DNA of 64,000 nucleotides, taken from the NCBI RefSeq assembly GCF_009914755.1, contig NC_060944.1. The stretch is one strand, 5' to 3'. Within the stretch, counting starts at the first letter, position 1. The number at the start of each line of letters is the position of its first letter. Under the pieces are notes generated by a model. That model was not told where the DNA came from, searched no databases, and saw only the letters and a program-made list of their open reading frames with translations. The translations under genes and the position numbers were made by a program. Origin of the DNA: the human T2T-CHM13v2.0 reference genome, Homo sapiens. Positions 30,951 through 46,728 of the stretch are shown in pieces.

Positions 30951-33214
30951 AAAATATTGTCTTCATACTTAGAATTTAATTTTAAATTTTACTGATGTTT
31001 GTGTTAATATCCTTGTCTAATACTATTCTTTTACATAAGCTTTAATGGAGACCACCCAATTGGTTCCTTCAGAAAATGTATGTTAATTAATGCTAGGGAC
31101 CTATAGTAGATGTCATAAACCTTATGATTAAACATTACAACTGTGTAAAATTACATCTTAGTAACCTCAGTCATTTGTATTATATTAAAATGAGAAAATG
31201 CACAGTGATAGAAGTCAGATTAAAGGTCATGTAACTAAAATTGTATGCTGAATGTTGAGGAAAGAAAATTTGGATGTTCTCTGTTCATTTGGGTTATTCA
31301 AAATAACATGTAGTCCTGCATACATTTAAAAAATTAAATTAGACAATTTATCAGTTGTCTAATTTAAAATGTTTGGATTCATCTTCCTATCTGATAACAA
31401 TTTTTTGTTTTTATATTCAGTACTTTGAAAAATCACAGACTTCACGTTAACACTTAAGCATTCTAAAAAGGCACAAAAGCATGTGAATATAGAATTTAAG
31501 TTTTGAGGATTGTTCTTGTCATTTCCTGCACACACAGTATTTGAAAAATGCATATGACCTTGCATTTAGGTAATATTAGATCAGAATGATCTTTCCACAT
31601 AGAATATTCATATGCCAGCAGAAGTATACATATCTACTTTAGAGATAGTAAACATAGGTCAAATAGTGACTGTGGACCACATATATTCACAGCATAAAGA
31701 AATTCTCACATTGAGGAAATTTTATTTATTTGAATTTTTAAATTGTTCCATTGGATGACAGATAACATTTAGGTGTTAATTACCCAATTATTTTCCTTTA
31801 AAAGTAATAAATGTATGTAATTTCTGTGAAAAGGAAAACCAGAAAACAGGCATCTGTTTATTCTCATGTACTGCTAACTTAAATTTTATGTAATTTCAAA
31901 GTCCAAAGCCAAATTATACACCTTTTCTATTGCAAGCAAATAAAAACAATGTAAAAATTACTTTAAATTCAAGAAACACGAGCTTATACAGTTTTCATTA
32001 TGATCACATCCCTAATGTTCAGAGCCTTTCAGAAAAAAGGATTTTCATCCATTATTCTAAACTATTTTATTAATTTGTTAAATTAAACAGATACTATCAC
32101 GTAAAAGTAACCTCTTCCCATCTTGTTTTCACTAATTACTTTCACCAAGATCATAATACCTTCTTAAACTGAAGAAACTATTCATGTCCCCAAATACAGT
32201 GCATTGGCCTTCACACACAGTTATTGTATGTTTTGGCTCATCATGGGCCCTCTTTGGAGATATGCTTGAGGACTCCCCTTTACCTCTAATGTCTACAGAT
32301 TCAGCTTTTCAGTTCATTGTGTTAACTGAGTTTTACATACAGACTATAAACTGTCTGCTGAATCTATTGAGATAAAATTTGTCAGCTTTTGTGCTCTTTT
32401 GCATAGGGTGAATACTAATCTTCATATTCTTATACATTTAATTTGAAACAAAGTGAAATTAACTGGTAGTTTAATACTTCATTGCCTTATGCCTTTTTAG
32501 CTGACCATTTGACTGTTTCTCTCCAGTCTTGCTTTTTCATCTACAAGTTTACTACAAAGACTCTACAAATGGTTAATTTGATTGAAAATATCTGCCTAAA
32601 CTATGTCAGTAAAGCATTTTTCCCCTTTTTTGGCTAGATGCCATTATTCCATATATATAATTATTTCATTATTTTCTCTTCTTTATATCAGATTAAGATT
32701 CATGATACACATTCTTGTATTGCCTGTACGGAAAACACAGCTCCGTTATTCACTTTGGCTAAGAGCCCCTTGGGATTTCTGACATTGGGTAAATTATAGA
32801 TATAGTAGACAAACTGTTAACTCAGGAGTAGTGAAGAACTTAACTCTTTAATGGGTAGCTTATCCCAATTCACCGCTTTCATGGGAAACCAAGGCTGTTT
32901 TGAACAACATATGATAGAAAGTGGCAAGACATATTCTGTCATTTGACACCTGACAATATATTATATATCTCTTTTCCTTAGTGTACATGTTAGGAAAATT
33001 AGCAAGCATTTATAAGCTCATGGAAACTCTGAAATTCCATATAAGTTGTTTTATCAAGTCATAGCAGTCAGTTCTATCACAGCATATGCTAGACAGGGCC
33101 AGGGCAAAAACTACATCTACCTAGACATGTTGCTGGCTACACATCTTATTGAAGACCAAATTAGACAGTAAGGAGGTGGTGAGTCCTTACTGGAACATCT
33201 AAAGATAATCATCA

Positions 33215-33455
33215 AAGACATGTACTGAATATTGTTATGTCTAGGCTTCTTTCTAAGTGCATTTTAGGTGCCAGCTCATTTACTTTTCACAGTTCTTTGA
33301 AATACTGATATTGTCTCCATTTTGTAGCTGGGGAAACTGAGTCAGAGAGAAAGGTTAGGAAGCATTGCTCAAGGTAACATAGAAGAATGACAGAGCTAGG
33401 ATTTGATTGCAGATATTCTGGCCCATGGCACCTCTTAACCTTTGTGTTATGTTGC
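33215..33455 (-). mobile_element. MIR SINE
   Basis: 'ctccattttgtagctggggaaactgagtcagagagaaaggtta...tgctcaaggt...agagctaggatttga'. Confidence 0.7.
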
Positions 33456-34252
33456 TTCTCAGGCTGTCAGTGAGCTCAGACGCTGGAATGTTGGTCAAAA
33501 TGAGGGGACTTGAAAGTGAACTTCAAAATTATCCAGTTATTTTCTGGGGTGATGCTAAAAAAAAAAACCCATATTCAGTAGTGAGCAAAAGAGGTGTCAT
33601 GAAGAATGTTTATTTAGTGGTCAGTATGTAGATGGCCAACTCTAGAAGGAGGTGTGACATTGTGGTGTCCAGGCTGCACGTTATGAATAGATTTGGAACC
33701 TGGCATGAAGATCCATAGCAGCCCATGGGTGGATCTATACAGAACAAAGGCCCTAACCCAAGAACTAGTATGTCCTTTTTCTGGCCTCCTTTTAAAACAA
33801 CTTCTTGGTATGGGTATGTAATGTGGGCAGAGGTGTTCTGTTCTCTAAAGCAGGTACAAATGATGGCCGCTGAGCGCTGGAGCCTCCAGGGCCATCACAT
33901 TTTTAACAGATAAATTACTTAAAGCCTGAATAAATGGAATCTTGTCCATGCTGTGATATTACTTGGCTCTTTGTGGGTCCTCAGTAAACATGAAATAACC
34001 CTGACCTTTTAGGAAAAGATTAATCTGGTTACTAGCCGTAAGTGTTAATGTAATATTCTTGTAGCAAATAAAACCCTAAGCACACAGTTGTTGTTTGGTA
34101 AACATTTTGTTTATTGAGCCTGATTTTCCTGCTTTCAGCCATAGAGAAATTTAAGCTTCATATATTATTCTTTCATGGGTAAATTGTACCTGCTTTTTGA
34201 GGGTGAGTAGACTGAAACTAAGACTACGGAAGCTAACAGTTTCATATGCCTA

Positions 34253-34750
<498 letters not shown>

Positions 34751-36719
34751 TTCATCCACAAGTATTGTGAAATATACAACTTTAACATTTCAAAGAGCAG
34801 AATTAAAGAATCTGCCAGCTTCCTTTTGAATAGGAGAGGGGTATTCCAAGGTCATTAGAGAACTGGCCTGGAGCTCTTAATGCTATAACTCCTACCAACA
34901 CTAAAGGAGAGAGTGGGATCATTGTCCTGTTCCCATTGCCATCACCTCTACCCCTAAAGCATGCAGACATACTTTATCCAGAGAGTTGAAAATTCACAGA
35001 CACCATTCCTCTCATTCCTTCCAAGCTGCTGTGGCTTAGATCCAAGCAAGCTCCCCATGTTTCCCTTAATTCCAAGGGCTATTATCTCAGGTTCTGCACA
35101 TCTTACAAAGTAGATGTAGTATTGCAAGTATTGTTTTATCTCAGGCTAACCTATCCATTTAAAGCTCTGGACAGTCATGTTGGTATAGTTTATGAATGTA
35201 AAATTCTTCCTTAAACATAAATTCTAGCTTGAAATTATTCCTAACCACCATCTACTCCAAGGCCACATGAAATTAATCTTTTACATATGATTTTTCTGGA
35301 AAGTAAGTTTTTGCTTCTACCTGAAGGAGTACATCTTTATCTGTTCAGGGCTCATTAATGTTTCCTCTAAGATCCCACAGCAGCCATTTGTAACACTTCA
35401 TGGTGCTTCTCATGCAGGCAGGCATGGATTTGCTCTGAGGACAATCAGGATATCATCATCATCTTCATTGTAGTGACTTCTATCCCTTTCTGTAGTACTT
35501 TGATGTAGTATTGGAGTATTAGATCAGGATAATACGGGATGAAATCCTCCCAAAATAAATCATGCTTGACTCTCCACCGAGGAAGTTCCTCCCTCTATTT
35601 AATAACGGAGAAAAATCCAGTCATCTCTGAGTCTAGCTCAAGTATCTCCATTGTGTGAAGCTTTTCCTAATTCCTCATTTAAATTAGTCTGTTTTTCCTC
35701 TTCTTTGTATAGACTACACCATGCTGCCTCCTAGTTCTGCTTCTGATTCCTTTTCTAGGTAGTCTCAACCTTCCGGAATGAGAGATATTAAGGATACAAG
35801 GGTGAAACAGGTAGAAGAAGATGTGATTTTATAATTTCCTTTATTTACTCTGGTTCTTACCAAACAACAGGTTTATCAGAATCAGAATTTTTGTAGCATT
35901 CAGACCCAGTTTAACCCTTTTTAAAATATAACAAACTTCTTTATCCTGTTGTAAAAACCCCTCCCAAACTCTTATTCAGCCTTCCCTCAAGGTGAAGCTC
36001 CATTTGCCGCTACAAAGTACTTGATTCATATCTGTTATTTCATATTATAATATAATTATCAAAAGTTAGGGGCCTCATTTCCATGGCAACCAGGGTGAAA
36101 TTTTGTCTTTATGACAGTCTTAACCCTACTTGATTGAATTCCAGAATATCCTTTTGTCTCCTCTCATTTTTGTGATTGAAAGCATACAAAATGTCTACAG
36201 TTCACCTGTCTGCTGCTCCCAGTTTTTTCTGTCTAACCATAAACGAATCTGTGCATTCATAACTAAATCACTAACTTTGGCCTCCAGATTATTTTGATAG
36301 TTTTAGAAATAAGTGTATATAAATATATAAATAAATTATTAACAATAGAGAAACAAATCTACAGGATTGAAGTAATATACACAAGGTGTGACATCACATA
36401 CAGACAGATCCAAAACTTGGACCTGATCTTCAGGATTTCCAGTGCGAGGCTCCTTCCACTAATAGATGGAAGGGTGGAAAGATGCCTTCTTATGCCAGCG
36501 CTAACAAAACATGTTATGCATTGTCATTGTCAACATCTCACTGGTTGTTGTGGTTATGTGGACTTTTGCAGTGTTTATATTCAGAATATGGCTACGTAAG
36601 AATCAGATGAAATATAAGGAATGACTCAAAGTTGGTTGTAATATTTGAAGTCATTTCCTTTATTTTATTTAGCATAGCCACATGTTATTTGGAGATAGAG
36701 TTTTAAATATATTGTTTTA

Positions 36720-37971
<1,252 letters not shown>

Positions 37972-40900
37972 TATTGGCATATAATTTTTTTTTGTATATA
38001 TTCTTCTTCATAATATATTCAATAAGATAATCCATAACTTTTTTCGATATGAGATTAGATTTTTAAAAATACATTGTCTCTAGTTTCATTGGTCACTTAG
38101 GAAACAATAGACTACACTGTGTCATTTAAATAGCACTGATTAGCCAAATGGCCATTTTAAATTCCAATTCTTACTCTGATTTAATAGCCAATAGAAGAAG
38201 TTTTTCTAGAGGCAAGATCTTGTCAGAAACAATTAATGGGTTGCCCTTTGTGGCTTCTTTGTTCTTTTTAGGGTATTCTTTTCTATGATTTCAAAGGTCT
38301 TTTTTTTTTTTTTTTTTTTGGTAGATGACACAGAAACTTCTCAGTTTATTCCCCTGTGTCATCTAAAATACTATAATTTGCCACAGAAATTTGCTCTGAT
38401 GCAGTCCCCTGAAATCATTCTACCACCCTCAATTGTGGCAGGAAATATGTTTAAAATGTTGTCTCAGTATAATGCAAAAGCCAGAGTTAAGAGTGATATG
38501 GAAAAGTGATCCGATGAGGTGGAGAGGCAAGAATAGTAGCATGAATCTCAGTTGTGTATATTTTGACAAGAAATAGGAAGGGGCAAAACCAAGGAGAAGG
38601 TGGCAGGGATGGAGAAAAGAGGGTGGCTTTCCAAGAGATAGGCTTCGTCTTGGTTCTGCCTGCATAGTTGCAGCACTTGAGGGTTGGAGAGGGACCACAG
38701 GGGGTCACAGAGCTATGTCTCCAGCATCAAAATTAGAGGGCCCAAAGACATAATTCAGAAGTTTGGGATGCAAACTTTTTTGAAGTTCTCTCATGAGATC
38801 TGCCATCAAGATCCTGACTGTTGTCATATTGAGTTTGTTTTCATAGCAAGATTTATTGTTATCAAGTTCTATCGTACCTTGTAAAGCTTTTTTTAAAAAA
38901 AACTTCAGAGTGATTTTGAGCTATAGTATGGCAAAATTTATACCCTGCTACCTTTCTGGAGCCATACAATATACTACGACAGAAAATATAAGGTGGCACG
39001 TTGTATATAATACAAGTGATAATGGAGAAACTGAATAATTGGAAGTACTCTAAAACTACACCCAGACACGGGGGTGGGGGATAGCAGTATAAAATGTTCA
39101 TCAACCAAAGTCAAAGTATAAAAGGAGAAGCAGGACTTTGGAGCAGGAGTGTAAGATCTCAGGGACTCATGGGTGGGGTGAGGGTGGATATGGGAGAATA
39201 ACTTTACAAAATATTGAGGGTAATAATTACAAAGTTTGGCCTACCCAGAAAGACTAGATAGGGATGCTGAAAAAGGTGAAAGCGCTCACCTTTTTCCAGC
39301 CAAGACTGACTATACGTAGGTGGCTTCATTCTGAAAAAAAAAATAACTGATTTGGACCTCCTCTGGGCTGTATGTGGGCGCAGTTGAGAGGATGTACTGT
39401 CCCACCTTTCTGATAAAGGAACTATGTAAATAATTGCTTTGTTGCCAATTTTAAGGAATGACATGTCTGTATTGTATTTCTCCTCACCTCCCCACCCCCA
39501 GCCTGCTCATTTACATTTCTTTTAGTTCTTTGAAAAATAGAAATCATCACTGGAATACATGATAACCATTATTAATTTCTTTTGACTTTCATTTTCTAAG
39601 AATAATGAATACTTACCTACTACCCTCCATGCTACTACCGAAAAGTGGATTGGAAAATACCCTTTGAACCAGAGTCTTCAGTAGAGTGTCTAGGTCAGGA
39701 GTGCCCTGTTTGAGCCATTGTGTCCTTTAGAAAATGGCAGTTTATCTGGCAAATTCTTGATTGGGGAATTGTAGATGGATCAGGCATTGTCTGATTCCCT
39801 TATTTTCTTTTACGCATATAATTTGCCATCTTATACCTTTTCAAATATATTGAATTGTCCTTAGTATATGTAATTTATTTCCATAGAGTCTCTAGCTTGT
39901 TGTACTAATAAAGTGATAATAATAACAGTAATGACAATAATAATAATAATGTCAACCTTTTTGCCAAAGAATTATTTGAATCTGAAAAAATGCAATAATA
40001 GGTATAACTGAAAGTATGACTCTATGAAGTGATCTTACCTTATTTAAGCCAGTAATTGCATTGCTATTTAAAGATTTTTTTTTGTTATGGTTCCTCATGG
40101 AACAGAAAAGTTCTAATTGATTGTCAGCAAATACTGTGACTAAAATTAATATTTATTACCTAACTGGAAAATAATATTTTATAATAGTTTGATGACATTT
40201 TAAACAGATTTTGAAATCTAAACATATTTTTATTGCTGGCACTTCTAGATTCATAAAATTAAGTGACAGATGAATTCGAATGTGTTTGAGGACCTATGTA
40301 CTATCAGATCACAACAAAACTTCCTAACTGCCATACACCAAAAAATAGACTTAGGGACTAAACCTTGTCTTACTGCACTGTACAGTGTACTTTTTTCTGT
40401 TTTCTAATTGCATATCCTCTTTTTCTCTTGGAAAACGTTCGATAAAAGTACTTTAAGAAAGAAACTTGAAGTTGAGCTCCTGCTATTGGAAAATGTTCTG
40501 TGTACTCTTAATGAATTGTTTGTATATTTGTCATTAAAACATTTAATTATATTCTTACATTACAGTCTTTGTTTTATCTAAACTTGTGTTTCCAAGGGTA
40601 TATCTGAGTAAGATTTAACTGAACACACCACACTTTCAGATTGGATATTTTACTCAAATAAGACATGATTATATTACAGATGGAATACAGTCAATTATAA
40701 TATTTCTACATATGTTAGAAGAGCAAAGGTGAAACAGCGAAAACTCATTAAGGATTTAATAAAAGGAGCCAAAATATTACCACTAGCATTTGTTAATCTA
40801 AGTGCTAAAAATGTCTGCCTCTGAAGCCAGCAGAAAACAATTATTTAAGCAAGTGGAAAATAGACAATGAGGAAAATGGTGCTTTCAAATATCTTCACTA

Positions 40901-41689
40901 TGTTTGTCTATGCAATGACATGATAGGAAGTAGAAAAGACTGTTGAAGTGTAAAGTGTACCAAACTTAGACAAATACTAGAAAAAGGTCTAGAATGGTTA
41001 AAAACCAAAGGAGTTTAAGGAAGCTGAATTTCCTTAAGACCATGTATCTATTAATTTACCTTCTTGGGAACTTCATCTGCCCAAATTTGCACTAGTTTTT
41101 TCTTGAGGTTTAATTTAAATCTACAGTACTCACTTTAAAAAAATCCTTAATTTGGTTGTAAGCAATAATATCTGTAAATAAAAGTGTAAAATTTTAGCAC
41201 TGTCTACCACTTAATCTTTTATGTGTCCCACTATGGACACACTGCCTTGGGGAAGATGTTAAATATATCGGAGGGTAACTGTTTCTATAAAGATGAGAAG
41301 TAAGAAATGGAGGAAGAAATCTAGAGAGCTAAATACAGAATTGCATAATTACCAGAGGCAGGAGAAAATTGCACAAATCTATGCTAAGTTTATCCAAATC
41401 AGGTCTCTCCAATTATATTGTGAGTGGGTGATGTGAGCCTATCTGGAGACTTTTCTGTTTCCCAGTCACTGTTCCCCCCTAATAATTATCCTGACTATAT
41501 GGGATCAGAAAAATTTTGGAGTGGGCTTTGGTTGGCCACCTTTCCCTCATCTAGAGGATTTGCTGCTATTCTTTTATTCTTTCACTGTATAAAAACCCCA
41601 AAGAGGAGTCTCTGTTAAAATCTACTGATTTTTTTCTATTTATTCTATGTATCCCTACTTTAATATTCACATATTCTATGTATTATTTA

Positions 41690-41845
41690 TATATTTTTTG
41701 GTCTCTTTCCCCTCACTTGTATATAGCTTCATGAAGACAAGAATTTGTGTGTTTTGTTTACTGCCATATTTTGAACTCCTAGAACAGAATCTGGCACACA
41801 CCAAATGTTCAATAAATATTTGCTGAATGAATGAATGATGAATGA
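41690..41845 (+). mobile_element. L2 3' end
   Basis: 'cctagaacagaatctggcac...caataaatatttgctgaatgaatgaatga'. Confidence 0.8.
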
Positions 41846-43912
41846 TTTTAGCTTTGAATATTATCTCATGTTCTTGTTATTTCTTGTCCCCTGTCTTGAT
41901 AACAAATTTCCTCTCACCCAGCATTTAAAATGGATTTTTTCTTCTTGCATTGTTTAGTCTCTTCCTTTTATTTAGGCTGCAGCTTTTAAAGCTACATTTT
42001 ATTTAGTTGTAGTATTAATTTATAGCTGAAGCTCCAAAAATGTTTTATTTTTCTTTTATCATGGTAAAATTAATCCTTTAATTTTATTCTCCCTTGTCAT
42101 TGATCATTTCTAGCATAAGATTAAAATTATATACTTCATTAATTTTCCTCACACTGCAAAATTTAGTTTTACAGTATGGTATGAACCCTGTTGTTTTGAG
42201 TGTTGTTATACTTCTTGTGCTTTAAACTTTTGTCATTTGATAGAAATGGTACATTTCGAAGGGTACATGTAAATGGTATATTTTTAATTTTGTTTTCTTT
42301 TTAGCACTCAAGGAGATTCTGACAGAAAATGGTATATTTTATGAGTAGTGATTTTGTGAAAAGCATTTCAGAGCTTCCATTTCCCCTCTTGCTTTGATAA
42401 ATACCTTTTACTTCAGATAACATGGTAGTTTTGGTCTGTTGTTAGTAAATATAGTCTTATGGTTTTCAAAAGAAATGTTTTAACATAACTTATTTTTACT
42501 TCTTCACTTTATATTTCTTTAATGCTTAAAGTATGTTCTCAACAAATAACTGAGGCAGAACATAGGTGATTAATCAATATGACTAGAGTGTGTTTTTATC
42601 TTCGCTAAGATATGTATGTGAAAGATGATATAGTATGTTTTCCCCAAATATACTAATTTCTCCTACTTTGGATATTTTCTAAGATTTTAAACTATATTTT
42701 TAGATTGTTAATATTTTCATAAAAGCTACTTTAAAAATAATGTCCATATATGTTTGAATTGTTATTACCTCCAAGCCTGTTCTTATTCTCTACACTTCCT
42801 TGCAATTGAAATCAAGTACAATGCTTTTGATCTACAATTAGAATGTTTATCATCAAGGGGTGAGAATCTGAACTTTTTCAAACCTCTGGATTTGAAATTC
42901 TGTGTGTTTTCTGAGTCAAAGGATGAGTACATCTTTGAACTTCATAGGCCGTAATGCAAGGCAGACAGCAAGAAATACAAATACTTTCCCTTCTTGTTTA
43001 CTGTGAGATACAGACGTGCATTTATTTGTTTCATATGCCCCTCACTTTTTCAGTCTAAACCAATGGGTGCAATTAAATTAGAATAAATGTAAAACAAAAA
43101 ATTAAAGTAAAACATCATTTAGAAAATTCAGGGACTGTCAAATGGGAAAAGCAAATAGATTTCTAAATGCCTGATAATTTAAAACAAAATTAATACAAAA
43201 ATTAACAAATAGAGCATTAAAAAAAGATAGATATGCAAATATATTAACATGGAGGACATTTGTTTTTCTGAAAGAATATGTAAATCTGCAATCTTTATGA
43301 AACGAATTTATTTAATACATTTATTAGTGAATTATTATTCAGGCCTGAATTTTGTGGTATATTGAGGATTTTACTATTATCATTTTGCTTTTCAGTTATT
43401 TTCCATTGTCCTAATTCTCTCAAAAATATTTGGAAACTATTTTTTCAATCAAATTTTCAATATTCAAAAATTTGACATTGGTTTTAAGAACTGCTAAGAA
43501 TATACACTTGAATGTATCTACATGATTAGCACTGAAGTGTCATTTTTAATAATTTAGTGAAAAAAAAGATAAAGATTGTGTCTTAGTGTGTGGTAATATA
43601 AAATTAAGATACAAATAGGGCCTAGTTTTCCATATATGTTAAAATATTTTATTTTATTTTTATCAGGTAAAATTGAGTCTTTAATTATATTCTCTTTAGT
43701 CATTTATTATTTATTTCTAGTAAAATAAGGAGAGTTACCTTTTATCTAAAAGAAATTCAGCTAGTTTTCCCTACGAAATACTAAACATTTCCACGAAATA
43801 GTTTTTTACCAGTGTTGCTAAGAAGTTGCAGTAAATAATTTTGTTCTATCCATATTTTAGTGATTATGCTATAGCTAGCCCTCTTTTCTAAAAATGGAAT
43901 TAAAAAGAAGTG

Positions 43913-44853
43913 TAAGGTTAATATTGTTATGTGTGAATTTGATCCTGTCATTATGATGTTAGCTGGTTATTTTGCTCGTTAGTTGATGCAGTTTCTTCCT
44001 AGCCTCGATGGTCTTTACAATTTGGCATGTTTTTGCAGTGGCTGGTACCGGTTGTTCCTTTCCATGTTTAGTGCTTCCTTCAGGAGCTCTTTTAGGGCAG
44101 GCCTGGTGGTGACAAAATCTCTCAGCATTTGCTTGTCTGTAAAGTATTTTATTTCTCCTTCACTTATGAAGCTTAGTTTGGCTGGATATGAAATTCTGAG
44201 TTGAAAATTCTTTAAGAATGTTGAATATTGGCCCCCACTCTGTTCTGGCTTGTAGAGTTTCTGCTGAGAGATCCGCTGTTAGTCTGATGGGCTTCCCTTT
44301 GTGGGTAACCCGACCTTTCTCTCTGGCTGCCCTTAACAATATTAACCTTAAATGTAAATGGGCTAAATGCTCCAATTAAAAGACACAGACTGGCAAATTG
44401 GATAAAGAGTCAAGACCCATCAGGGTGCAAAGCAAAGAGTTGGAACCAAGCCAAATGTCCAACAATGATAGGCTGGATTAAGAAAATGTGGCACATATAT
44501 ACCATGGAATACTATGCAGCCATAAAAAAGGATGAGTTCATGTCCTTTGTAGGGACATGGATGAAGCTGGAAACCATCATTCTCAGCAAACTATCGCAGG
44601 GACAAAAAAACCAAACACCGCATGTTCTCACTCATAGGTGGGAATTGAACAATGAGAACACATGGACACAGGAAGGGGAACATCACACACCGGGGCCTGT
44701 TGTGGGGTGGGGGCAGGGGGGAGGGATAGCATTAGGAGATGTACCTAATGCTAAATGATGAGTTAATGGGTGCAACACACCAACATGGCACATGTATACA
44801 TATGTAACTAACCTGCACATTGTGCACATGTACCCTAATACTTAAAAGTATAA

Positions 44854-44887
<34 letters not shown>
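43913..44887 (+). mobile_element. L1PA4-like element with a 5' inversion (43913-44338) and a ~3.5 kb internal ORF2 deletion
   Basis: Inverted ORF1 3' half, then forward ORF2 start (44334-44428), then ORF2 end/3'UTR and (AAAT)n tail; segments align to the L1 at 61380-61890 in this window. Confidence 0.92.
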
Positions 44888-44888
<1 letters not shown>

Positions 44889-44889
44889 G

Positions 44890-46110
44890 AAAATGTCATT
44901 CCATTGTCTTCTGTCTCATTCCAGGAAGTCAGCTGTAACTCTCATTGTAGCTCTTTGAAAGTAATATGTCTCTGAATCACATTCTCCCTCTCTCTCTTTT
45001 CACCTCTTTAAAACATTTTTTGTCTTTGTTTTTCAGCAGTTTTACTTTTATGAAGGGCCTAGATGTTGTTTTTTTCTTTTCTTTTTGCAGTATTTCATAG
45101 TGCCTATTAAATCTGTGGCTTCATATTTTCAATTTTGAAGAGTTCTCTGCCTTTATTTGTTTAGATTAGTTTTTTCCCATTTTGTCTGTCCCCCAAGCCC
45201 TTTCTTTAAATTTAGTTGCTCACATCTAGGACTTTTTTCCTAAGGGTCTCTTAGATTTATTCTCTGTATTTTCTTTTTGCCTTTTTATGCCTAAATCTGT
45301 CCGTATTCTAGTTTTGCTATTCAGTTTTTAGCTGCATCTAATCAGCTGCTTATCCCGTACTTGGGTTCTTATTTTCACTTATACTTTTTCTAGAATTTTT
45401 ATTTGTTTTTCTTTTTGTGGTGTCTATTTATCTTCTGATATAACCAACTTTTAAAGAAATTCCTCACGCATATTGATCATAATTATTTCAAAGTTCATGA
45501 CTGATAACTCTATTATATGAATTCTTGTGAGTTATTTTATTGTAGTATTTTTCTCTTAGTTTTTGACTATGTCTTATTTTCATGAATACATGATTATTGA
45601 TTTATATTAGACATTTTTTTGTTTTAAAATTTAGCAAAATGTTGAGGCTCTGAAACATGTTATATTCCCTTAGAGAAGATTTACTTTTGTTTCTGGCAAG
45701 TAATTGGCCTGGGAATGGCAGTATTCCATGATTACCTTAATGCCATCAAAACTTGAGATTATTGGAAGCTTGCCTTCATTTCTTGAGATGCTAGCCTATT
45801 TAAGACCTTGCACTCTTCCTAAGGTCTCCTAATGGAAAGTTTCTTGTGTCTAGTCTTTCCTATTTGTTAGGCCATAAACTTTCATTTTTATCCCGTTTAA
45901 GCCCCAGAATCTTTTGGAAGATCTGTTCAATTTTCTAACTTCTCAGCTCCCACTGCAGATTCTAGATATTTGGCTTAGCTATCTGGGATTTACTCTACTA
46001 CCTTCATCCTTTCACATTTCTTTCTGCTTTGGTATTTCTCTGATGGCTTCTAATAATTGTTTTTATATTTTCCCATGATCTTCTAATTGTTTTCATTATT
46101 ATGTTTTGTG
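44890..46110 (-). mobile_element. Ancient L1ME-type fragment
   Basis: 'atgtcattccattgtcttctg...gaagtcagctgtaa...ctttgaaagtaat...ctgataactctattatatgaatt'. Confidence 0.55.
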
Positions 46111-46728
46111 TTACACATTCTAGTTCACCACTGGCAGAAGTAGAAGCAAAGATCTGGTTTGGTTCTATGCTTCTTAGTCCCAGCCTCTCATGCATACCAA
46201 AGACATTACAAGGGAGACAATATTTGTCACCAAAAACAAAATAAAACAAAAAACAAATACAAAAAAATTCACCATAGCACTAGTGGTCTTTACCCTGCAC
46301 CAATAAGGTACATTCAGATGCAAGAGAGACTTGTTAATGTAAACCTCCCATGACGATGATGATTGGTACATGAGTGGTCAAAATTTAAATCAGAGCTTCT
46401 CTTCTCTTGGCTAGGCACCAAGGTCTAGAGGAATAATAATATTAGATATCATCTTCCTGAGGAAAAAACCATTAATTCTTTATATAGATGTCAGAATTTT
46501 AAGATGCAGATTACTTTAAATTTGTTTTACCTATTTTTACTCCTTTTAGTTTTTTACCTTCATTTTAAACCTAAAAGTGGATAATTTTTAAGGTTTATAT
46601 ATAGTTACCAGGTTTTTTTAAAGTACAGTAAAAGAAAAAGTATAGTATAGCTTTATGTTGTATGAAAACTCTAAAAGGGAATTTTTTCACTATAGATGAA
46701 ATCTTTTAAACATAATACTTATTTTCTG

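Noticed and set aside
36294-36599. 101-aa ORF in unique DNA with a second open frame
   Set aside because: It has a non-ATG start, no good acceptor and no recognisable homology; it is compatible with chance.
42305-42331. 27-nt microexon candidate (LKEILTEN)
   Set aside because: The acceptor and donor lie in a locally repeated 'aaatggtatattt' motif that resembles decayed L1M sequence, and the donor is weak.
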